Shown here: piece after piece, positions 53,132 to 61,492 of the stretch
How the letters are laid out: each line of letters starts with the position of its first letter
Numbering within the stretch: position 1 is the first letter of the stretch
IMG/VR virus record: IMGVR_UViG_3300032038_000021
Location: 1 to 64,000 of that record
Source: a virus
Taxonomy: Duplodnaviria > Caudoviricetes
Reading direction: 5' to 3' (one strand)
Length of the DNA: 64,000 bases
Position numbers and translations under genes: made by a program
The notes under the pieces: generated by a model
Told to the model about the DNA's origin: nothing
Seen by the model: only the letters and a program-made list of their open reading frames with translations
Databases searched by the model: none

Positions 53132-53722
53132 ATGGGTGTTGGAGCTTGGAACGTAAATGTAGTTACTGGTGGAATGCCTGAGAAGATTGCTACGGCAGTA
53201 TCTAAGGTAAATGAGCAGTTTGTTGGTGCCGAATATACTCCTATTGCTTATGTAGGATCTCAGGTGGTGAATGGAACTAATCATGCAGTTCTTGCTGAAC
53301 AGCTTCTTGTTACTGGTAAGGATCAGAAGAATGTAGTTCTTCTTATCTTTAACGAAAAGGGAATGGATGTAGATCTCGTTGCGATTGAGAGAATCGTTGA
53401 ATCTGGAGAAGCACTCGGCGGTACTGTTGTAGACGTTAAGACCGATATCCCGGAAGATGCTCGGAAGACATTTGATAGAGTGCTTGGTGGATTTGTTGGT
53501 GCTGCGGTTGAGCCGGTAGCTCTTCTTGCAACTCAGGTTGTTAAGGGAGTTAATTACGTTTTTGCTGCGGAGGTAACTCCTGTAGCTGTTACGGCTGGAG
53601 AACCTGTAAAGAAGTTCTGTGTTGTTGTTGTGAATAGTCTTGATAAGAAGGCTAGTTTTGCAGATGTTCTAAAAAGCGGATTGGAAGTTGCTCTTGGTAA
53701 ACCACTTGGTGAATGGCCGTAA
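53132..53722 (+). CDS. uncharacterised two-repeat protein, paralog of 6413-6988
   Basis: Shared GAEYTPIAY, NHA.LAEQLL.TGKD. Confidence 0.8.
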   Translation: MGVGAWNVNVVTGGMPEKIATAVSKVNEQFVGAEYTPIAYVGSQVVNGTNHAVLAEQLLVTGKDQKNVVLLIFNEKGMDVDLVAIERIVESGEALGGTVVDVKTDIPEDARKTFDRVLGGFVGAAVEPVALLATQVVKGVNYVFAAEVTPVAVTAGEPVKKFCVVVVNSLDKKASFADVLKSGLEVALGKPLGEWP

Positions 53723-53793
53723 TTAATAATAATTAGAGGTGTTGCAGATCCCCTAGGGAATAATTCCCTAGGGGATCTTTTTTGTTTTAATTT

Positions 53794-54054
53794 TTATAAT
53801 GATATATAATATATATGATATGTAAAATTTTTATTAATATACGGTGTATTATCTAATCTATTATTAACTATCAATATATATTCTCCACTGGTTTTAATTG
53901 ATAATGAAGAATGTAATAATGCACTATTAGCTTCACATCGTGCAGATAAAACAATATAATTATATATACTATATCCTGTAATACATTCACCTTGTCCGTT
54001 TGTAGTATCTGTTAATACTTTTTTACTAATTGTTTTAAACTTAGAATTTTCATC
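53794..54054 (-). other. silent cassette c12 (DENSKF...)
   Basis: 87 codons from core; resembles c23. Confidence 0.7.
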
Positions 54055-54366
54055 AAAACCTTTAATTATATTTTTCTACAGTCTTCAACTTTTATACTTT
54101 AGTTTTTATATTTAGTATATTCTTAATCTTTTCGAATAGGACAAATCCTTCTTCTATTTTTCTCATAGATGGGTTGGGAGAATTCTTAATCAATTTTTCT
54201 ATTGATTCAGCCCAATCAGATTTCATGATTTCATCTTCTATAAACTCTTATTTCAACTAGGTCTGATTTTACAAAATAGTCTACATATATTATAAAAAAG
54301 AAATCTGGTGTATGAGAGTTGTAATAGAAGATAAACCAGATTTCTTTTTAGATTTAGAATATTATG

Positions 54367-54567
54367 TTATGATAATACTCTAATATCTTTATGTTCAAGG
54401 TTACTGGGTTTCACCTTGAAATAATTACTGAGAAATCTAATAATTTCTTTAGAAAATCTATTATTAGGATTTTCCGAAATCGAGTTTTCAGTAATATCAC
54501 CATCTACAATACTATGCAATAAATACAACATAGTACTTTTGGGCAAATAGTACGAACCTAAATTCAT
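54367..54567 (-). CDS. 66-aa MNLG-family small protein, copy 3
   Basis: Paralog with the same flanking module. Confidence 0.8.
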   Translation of the reverse strand: MNLGSYYLPKSTMLYLLHSIVDGDITENSISENPNNRFSKEIIRFLSNYFKVKPSNLEHKDIRVLS

Positions 54568-54809
54568 ATATTATACCTCCTTTCAATAGTATTTCTTCTA
54601 TAACTCTCATACTAGAGGTATAATATATGAATCAAATTAGTAACTTTTACAAATATAATTCCCAGTAGGTATAATACCTACTGGGATAATTATTCCATAT
54701 ATGTATATATTATTAGTCACTAAGATTAATCCTAGTGACTTACTATTATCTTAATGTTTTTCAATACGATCACATTAAGATAATTTAAAAGAAAGGAAGG
54801 TCTTTTTCT

Positions 54810-55541
54810 GTGGGAAAAAAGCGATATAAATTTAATATTGATTATGAGAAAACAGAAGAGGCTCCAAGAAATTTGGACGGTCAACCATTCTATGATATTA
54901 CTCCCGATGAAGAGCAAAAGATATTCATAGATAGTATATACGATCCAGATACTATAGTGACTTTATGTGATTCTAGAGCTGGTTGCGGTAAAACTTTAAT
55001 TAGTTTAGCTACAGCTAATATTATGGTTAAACGTTATGGATTATATGAAGGAATAGTATACTTAATGTCTCCTTGTGCCGATAAATTAGGTTATCTTCCG
55101 GGTAATTTAGAAGAGAAAACAGCACCTTATATGAGACCTCTTATAGATGCTATGCTTACTATAGGATTGAACCCGGATACTTGTTTAAAATTAGATTCTA
55201 ATATACAAGCATTAAAGAACGGTACTACTTATATAGAATTTTATACAGATACATATATGAGAGGATGTAATCTAGAAAATAAAGTAGTAATTATAGATGA
55301 AGCTCAGAACTTTCCGTTTAACGAATTAAAAAAGGTGTTAACAAGAGTGAAAGATAGCTGTAAAGTTATCATAATTGGGCATCAGGGACAATGTGATTTA
55401 CGAAATAAGAAAGATTCAGGATTTTCCGTATATTTAGACGCGTTTAAAGAAATAATAGACGATAAGCGTGTTAAAATATGCTATCTTAAAACTAACCATA
55501 GAGGATGGTTCAGTAACTTCTGTGATAATGTAAATAGATAA
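54810..55541 (+). CDS. phoH: PhoH family ATPase
   Basis: AGCGKT, LGYLPG, YMRG, IIDEAQN, LTR, Q.DL motifs. Confidence 0.9.
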   Translation: MGKKRYKFNIDYEKTEEAPRNLDGQPFYDITPDEEQKIFIDSIYDPDTIVTLCDSRAGCGKTLISLATANIMVKRYGLYEGIVYLMSPCADKLGYLPGNLEEKTAPYMRPLIDAMLTIGLNPDTCLKLDSNIQALKNGTTYIEFYTDTYMRGCNLENKVVIIDEAQNFPFNELKKVLTRVKDSCKVIIIGHQGQCDLRNKKDSGFSVYLDAFKEIIDDKRVKICYLKTNHRGWFSNFCDNVNR

Positions 55542-55582
55542 ATAACGGAGATAGGGATATATTCCCTATCTCCATATTTTTA

Positions 55583-55948
55583 TCAATATAAAGGTGCAAT
55601 AAATATAGAATACAAATGTTCTGGGCCTGTGTGAACATTACCACAATATGTATGTATTTCTAAACTACTATTTATATATAATGTAAGATCTTGTTGATTA
55701 TCGTTTCTGTTTATCATACAAATTGGATAATCAAAGGTTGTACGATATTGAGGTCTTATTACACTACTTGAATTTATACCACAAACAGTATTGTTTTGAT
55801 ATGTAGCTCCAGATTTCATTTTTATAATAGAAAAGAAAATACCAAGCTTCACTAATGGGTTATAAGTGCAAAACATTTCTGTTGTATTGTCTACCAAATT
55901 GGTATTTACGGAAATAGTAATTGCTGTATGCTTCCACGACTTATCATC
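55583..55948 (-). other. silent cassette c13 (DDKSWK...)
   Basis: 122 codons from core. Confidence 0.75.
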
Positions 55949-55963
55949 AATCGGTTAAAAATT

Positions 55964-56236
55964 TTATTTAATCTGAATCCATTTACTAGTCCAATTACCA
56001 TTACCATATTTAAATCTAAAAAACAAACTAGCAGATTCATATTCTCTAATAGCTATTTGTATTGAATACGTTGATTTCAAAACAATTAATACTCCACCAG
56101 TAAAAACTGTTGGAAAATTATTTCCGGCAGTACCTACACAATACACACCAGAATCATTAATAGAATTAGCATCTATGTTATTTTTTATATCTTGTATAAA
56201 AGGTATTCTAGTTTGTCCAAACTCATCCACATCATC
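55964..56236 (-). other. silent cassette c14, pyocin-knob-like (DDVDEF...)
   Basis: DAN...SGVY...NFP...GVLIV...QIA...FR....W..W. Confidence 0.75.
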
Positions 56237-56263
56237 ATGCGTTATATTAATAATTATATATCA

Positions 56264-56584
56264 TTAGCTTGCCGGTGGTACAAGAGTAAAAATACAAAAA
56301 TTATACTGTTTTCCTACTGTTATTGTAGAATCATGTTTAAAAGTGCTTAACCTATAATCACTAGCCCAAGCTTTTATTAGATTACCATTTGTACTATCCC
56401 TTATTAATATTCCTTGTACCGGAAATTTAAAGTTGTTGGGTAAGTTAAATGTAATTTCGTCTGTATCTGTAGAACTTGCAATAAAAACTCCATATACAAA
56501 TCCAATATATTTAGTATAAACAATTTTAACAACGGTATTAGATCTATTTGTACTAACTGAAGCTGAATGAAAGCTATTATCATC
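56264..56584 (-). other. silent cassette c15 (DDNSFH...)
   Basis: 107-codon frame from core, missed by ORF track. Confidence 0.75.
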
Positions 56585-56610
56585 AATCGTTATAAAAATA
56601 TAAATTTATT

Positions 56611-56916
56611 TTACGATGCTTTATACCAAAGACTAAGTACATTAATACTAGGAATAACTAATTGATTTGAAAAATTATAAAGAAATACACTACCAATGTA
56701 AATATCATTGGTTCTTATTGACACACCTGCACAATGAAATATTATGCCGTTATCTATATAATCACTTGGAATAACTGAAGCATGTATTGGTTTATAATTG
56801 GTTTCGGTTATTGCAGTACAAAATACATTAGCTTTAGAATTTGCCGGTACACCACTAAAGGTATTAGGTATTATTTGAGTTTTCTTTGTTTTATAAATTC
56901 TTATAAAATTTTCATC
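56611..56916 (-). other. silent cassette c16 (DENFIR...)
   Basis: 102 codons from core. Confidence 0.75.
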
Positions 56917-56936
56917 ATCGTTCATTTTGCAAGAAA

Positions 56937-57233
56937 TTACAATTTTTTCCAACTGGACCAAGACGCAAGATCTGAAGTTCCTCTAATAGCAATTCCACCT
57001 CCTTTATACTCTAATGCTAGTTGCGTACAATGTGATCTAATAACTCTAATTACAATTAAATATATGGTTGGATAAGGTATGTTTAAAATAGTACCACCAC
57101 CAGCTGTATTAAGCCAATATATACCAGTTTCAGTTGCTTGATTTATATTTGTTATAGTAGTATAATCTCTTTTATATATTATATTATGATAATTTGCTGC
57201 TTCTTTAACTCTATTTCTAAACGAGCTATCATC
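56937..57233 (-). other. silent cassette c17, pyocin-knob-like (DDSSFR...)
   Basis: 99-codon frame; NIN..TETGIYW...QLA...IR...WSSWKKL. Confidence 0.75.
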
Positions 57234-57325
57234 ATCTTATATTATATTATTTTTAATTTATTATAGCATACACAGTATAATAAATTTTGTAGTTGTATTA
57301 TCTTTTATCATACTGGAGGTTTATT

Positions 57326-57814
57326 ATGCTTGACGTTAAATTAACAGTTTCTGCACCGTGGTTTATTCATTATCGTAAGCTTCAGGCTATGTTCCTTGAA
57401 GATCCTCAGGTAACAGTAAAGTTTGATCAGGATAATTATGAAGTTAAGTTGTATGTAGATGATGCTGATAAGGCAGAAGCTCTTGGAAAGATTCTTAGGA
57501 ATAGTATTGATTATGGTACTATTACCCTTAAGGTTACTGTAATTCCTCCGAATTATACCGATACTAATATTAGAGATCTTTATGAAAAGGCTTTGGAAGG
57601 AAATGGAGCGGTTTCTGATTACCTTACCAATCAGGTTATTGGTAAGAATTATGTAATCTTTAAGAATGAAGTAGTTCAGTACTTTAGCGATGATCTCAGT
57701 AAGGCTAATAGTGTAACTTCTACTTTGTATGAAAATATTGCTGAAGATATATTTATTGATAGAGCTGAAATGGGTTATTCTACTGAGCTTGGAGAGAATG
57801 TGATTAGAGATTAA
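57326..57814 (+). CDS. hypothetical protein (SAPW...F.EDP motif)
   Basis: GGAGG RBS, CACA-N6-TA motif at 57271. Confidence 0.7.
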   Translation: MLDVKLTVSAPWFIHYRKLQAMFLEDPQVTVKFDQDNYEVKLYVDDADKAEALGKILRNSIDYGTITLKVTVIPPNYTDTNIRDLYEKALEGNGAVSDYLTNQVIGKNYVIFKNEVVQYFSDDLSKANSVTSTLYENIAEDIFIDRAEMGYSTELGENVIRD

Positions 57815-57871
57815 TAATATAAAATCCCAGTGAATTATTCACTGGGATTTATTTTTATAATTTATAATATA

Positions 57872-58156
57872 TTATGTAAAATTTATAACAGTCCAGTTGG
57901 TCCAACCACTAGATGAATGTCTCCTTCTATACATTTTTGCATTACGCATAGAGAATGCTATTTGTAGTACATCTTCACCCATTCTTATACTTAATACAGC
58001 AATAAATGATTCGGGAGCATTATTAATATTAGCACCAAAATAGTATAATCCAGAGTTAGCTGTGAGATTATTTAAATCTGTAAATCCTGCATTGCCTACA
58101 TTAGGCAATATTCCAACTGCATTTGTAAGTATTTCTGTCTTAGAATCCAGATCATC
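57872..58156 (-). other. silent cassette c18, pyocin-knob-like (DDLDSK...)
   Basis: DLN...SGLY...NAP...QIA...MYRR....WTNW. Confidence 0.75.
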
Positions 58157-58168
58157 AATCGAGTTTTA

Positions 58169-58369
58169 TTATTTAGTCCAAATTGTATCCCACTCTGTTC
58201 CATTAAACCATCTGTACATTATATTTTTATTATTAAATACAAGCGAATATACATGACTAGTCGAATTCGAATTCAAATGCAAATTTATCCAATGTGTATC
58301 TCCTGTATTATTAGTACCAAATGCTATTTTATTAGTACGATTAAACTCGAATTTCGAGTTTAATTCATC
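58169..58369 (-). other. silent cassette c19 (DELNSK...)
   Basis: 67-codon frame from core, ends WDTIWTK. Confidence 0.7.
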
Positions 58370-58880
58370 ATAAGGCTACAAGTATAATATTCAAAATACG
58401 CGTACATTATTTAAAGTGGTTGTTAATGCTTTTTCGGCTGAAACAAAAAGATGGATTGATACTCACCATATTTTGTCACTGTCATTTCAGTGTCGACTTT
58501 TATATCTATATAACCTGTTTTTCTTGAGTTTTAATTTATAAGATAACAAAAAGACCCATAATACATTTTATTTGGCTGATATTGTTCTCTTGCAAAAAAA
58601 CCCGAATCGTCATAAAAACCCATTACAGAATAACTATCAGCAGATGGAGTAAGATAAACTCTACCTGCTAGTCCTGGAATATATCCTGTTGGAAATTGAA
58701 AAATGCTAATATTGGGACTGGTGCTATAACTAGCTATGTTAGAACCAGTATGTAATGCAAAATGACAAATTCCAATTCTTTTGTATTTTAGACAAACTAA
58801 ATTTAAAGAAGCATTGGTATTAGTATAATTTCCATTTAAAGCTGTTGTTCCTGGTTTGTTTATACTATCATAATCATCAT
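58365..58880. repeat. direct repeat copy A (copy B 60456-60982), bounded by TCATCA cores
   Basis: Visual alignment. Confidence 0.9.
58531..58878 (-). other. silent cassette c20 (DDYDSI...), variant of c24
   Basis: 116 codons; near-duplicate of 60630-60980. Confidence 0.8.
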
Positions 58881-58949
58881 AATCTTCTGAAAATTAATTT
58901 ATTAAATATAAATATAATAATATACTATATTTATAAGGAGGTAAAATAT

Positions 58950-59276
58950 ATGAATTTATCTATTGTACGTACTGTAGATGAGATGTATAACTATATAGAC
59001 ATTATCTTTAATACTGCTTTATCTAATAAAGCTGATAGAATCGTGTTTCTTAATACTTATAATAATCAGTCCAGTTTAAAAGCTAATAGATTTGTTGCAA
59101 ATTATTTGAAACAAGATACTTACGGTAATGAAACTGTAATATCTATGTATGATAATATGTTGGAGATTGATAATATTAATATACTATATAAAGCTATAAA
59201 TAAATTTAAAGAAAAATATAATAATATTCCAATAGAAGTTTGGACTGATTATAGTACCGGTAAAGTGTATTGGTAA
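58950..59276 (+). CDS. hypothetical early protein
   Basis: ATATACTATA at 58920; AAGGAGG RBS. Confidence 0.65.
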   Translation: MNLSIVRTVDEMYNYIDIIFNTALSNKADRIVFLNTYNNQSSLKANRFVANYLKQDTYGNETVISMYDNMLEIDNINILYKAINKFKEKYNNIPIEVWTDYSTGKVYW

Positions 59277-59300
59277 GTTTTATAAATAGGAGAATATAAT

Positions 59301-59618
59301 ATGAGTAATAAATTAGGGGATAAAATATTAAAATTATGTAAACAAAAAGGACTAAAGCAAAGAGATTTAGCAGATAAAATAGGAGTTACTGAAGTCAGTG
59401 TGAGTAGATATATTCGTGGTACTAGAATTCCTAATGCTAATATACTAAAGAAGATGGCTGAAGTATTAGAAGTTAGTGTTGGAGAAATCTTAGGAGAGAA
59501 AGATAAAACAGAAGAAGAGAGTGAGAAATTTGATAGTGCTTATAATACTATAAAAGAAATAAAAGATAAACTTACTGTAGAAGAGAAAATGAAAATAGTA
59601 AGATTATTATTTATATAA
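59301..59618 (+). CDS. XRE-family HTH transcriptional regulator
   Basis: LKQRDLADKIGVTEVSVSRYIRG.R.P. Confidence 0.9.
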   Translation: MSNKLGDKILKLCKQKGLKQRDLADKIGVTEVSVSRYIRGTRIPNANILKKMAEVLEVSVGEILGEKDKTEEESEKFDSAYNTIKEIKDKLTVEEKMKIVRLLFI

Positions 59619-59749
59619 TGATCTTAAGTTGATTTATTGTGAATAATATAAACCCGTAGAGTATTATTACTCTACGGGTAAATAAATCATAATTATCTAT
59701 AATATTATTTATTTTTTAGTTCGGTTCATGATTTTTATCTGTAGAAGGA

Positions 59750-59893
59750 TTAGAGGATGATTTTAGCAAGAAGTACCACACCATGAATGGGACTCGAAAA
59801 GTCAAAAGTGCTGATATATCCTAATTCGGTGACACAATAGGCTTGGGATTCGTTATATCTAGCACTTGTCCAATACGAAAATCCATTATTTCT
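59750..59893 (-). pseudogene. orphan DGR-VR-like fragment (c21), paralog of the c10 C-terminus
   Basis: Gap-free alignment with 52191-52334; no core or RBS of its own. Confidence 0.65.
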
Positions 59894-59904
59894 TAGATAA
59901 ATAT

Positions 59905-60195
59905 TTATTGTGTTTGTCCAAATGCAATAATTTGACAATATACTGTTATTACTGTGCTATAAGAATTATGTACCTTTATCTTACAATAAGTTGATATACT
60001 CTGTAAAATAATAGTATCTATAAATTGTGGATTAATATTTGCTATAGTTGATAATGCTATATAAGGTGTCGATTTAAATTTAGCAGTAGAATAGTTTATA
60101 ATTATTTCATTATAACCATTTGCATTAACTGATTCACTTGCACCACCACTATATATTTTTGGGTTTGAATATTGTTCATTGATAACAGCATCATC
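59905..60195 (-). other. silent cassette c22, H-type-lectin-like (DDAVIN...)
   Basis: SGG..V......I.Y...F...P.IALS...IAFG pattern. Confidence 0.7.
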
Positions 60196-60208
60196 ATCGT
60201 TTTTAATT

Positions 60209-60460
60209 TTATTTATTATAGTATATAAAAGATACTTTAACACGCGTATCTGTCATTTTTTGATTATTATCTAACCTATATACATATATTTCATAATAAC
60301 CAGTATTATTATTTGTTGAGATAATACAATTTAAACCACCCCAATTATACGAATAAGCAGTTAATATATAAGAATTATACATATTAAGATTACTAATACT
60401 TATAACTCCAGTATTTGTATTCGTAACAGTAGAAGCTTTTAAAAAACCAACCAGATCATC
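60209..60460 (-). other. silent cassette c23 (DDLVGF...)
   Basis: 84-codon frame from core. Confidence 0.75.
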
Positions 60461-60629
60461 ATAAGGCTATGAGTATAATATTCAAATACCCGTACAGCAT
60501 TAAAGTAGTTGTTAATGCTTTTCCGACTGAAACAAAAAGATGGATTGATATCAACTCATATTTTGTCACTGTCATTTCAGTGTCGACTTTTATATCTATA
60601 TAACCTGTTTTTCTTGAGTTTTAATTTCT

Positions 60630-60980
60630 TTATACCTCAACAAGATAACAAAAAGACCCATAATAATCATTATTTGGTTTATATTGTTCTCTTGCATAAA
60701 AATTCGCATTATCAAACCAACCCATTACAGAATAACTATCAGTAGATGGAGCAAGATAAACTCTACCTGCTAATGTTGGAATATATCCTGTTGGAAAACT
60801 AAAAATGCTAATATTGGGACTGGTGCTATAACTAGCTATGTTAGAACCAGTATGTAACTTAAAATGACAGATTCCAATTCTTTTGTATTTCACACAAACT
60901 AAATTTAAAGAAGCATTGGTATTAGTATATTTTCCATTTAAAGCTGTTGTTCCTGGTTTGTCTATACTATTATAATCATC
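60630..60980 (-). other. silent cassette c24 (DDYNSI...)
   Basis: 117 codons from core. Confidence 0.8.
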
Positions 60981-61242
60981 ATCTGTCTTTTTAGGCTAAT
61001 ACATATCCTTATACATATAGATAATCCTCTGTATAAAAATATTCCAGTAGGATTCTTCCTACTGGGATTTAATAAATTTAAGACTATTATATTACTTTAT
61101 TTTGTATAGATTTTATCTTCATGATACTATATGATCGATTTGGTCGATTATAATAATGTTTGATTTCCAAAACACTTGTATAATCTTCCTATATTAGTTA
61201 TATTTATATGGGATTTTATTAATTATTTTCTAGGAGGTATCC

Positions 61243-61461
61243 ATGAATAACGTTATTCTCTATTCAAGCAATTGTCCCCGTTGTGTTATACTAGAAACTA
61301 AATTGAAACAGAAGAATATTAATTTTTCTATTAAGAATTCTGAAGATGATTTAAATAAATTATTTGAAGAAGGCTTTAGAGAAATGCCTGTATTAGAAGT
61401 AGATAATACTAAATATACTTTTGGTGAAGCTGTAAAATTGGTAAATAATTATTCGGAGTAA
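61243..61461 (+). CDS. glutaredoxin/NrdH-like redoxin
   Basis: CPRC motif, MPVL. Confidence 0.85.
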   Translation: MNNVILYSSNCPRCVILETKLKQKNINFSIKNSEDDLNKLFEEGFREMPVLEVDNTKYTFGEAVKLVNNYSE

Positions 61462-61492
61462 AATTTATACAGAATAGGAGTTTGTAATAGTA

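Noticed and set aside
54092-54226. Short ORF MKSDWAES... as the N-terminal acceptor for cassette c12
   Set aside because: Stops (TAA) before the core and is not fibre-like.
50372-60243. ORF-track starts for cassette frames (e.g. 50773, 56961, 60243; also 7404)
   Set aside because: No RBS; most upstream extensions are off-frame reads of the preceding cassette or spacer. The shared boundary is the TGATGAW core.
60456-60575. Short ORF MTVTKYEL... ending at the core TGA in the cassette tail
   Set aside because: Frameshifted in the twin copy (58365-58485), so not conserved as coding.
50017-60980. CRISPR array or classical integron/shufflon
   Set aside because: The repeat is only 7 bp with irregular coding spacers; no cas genes, attC-like palindromes, inverted cassettes or recombinase seen in the window.
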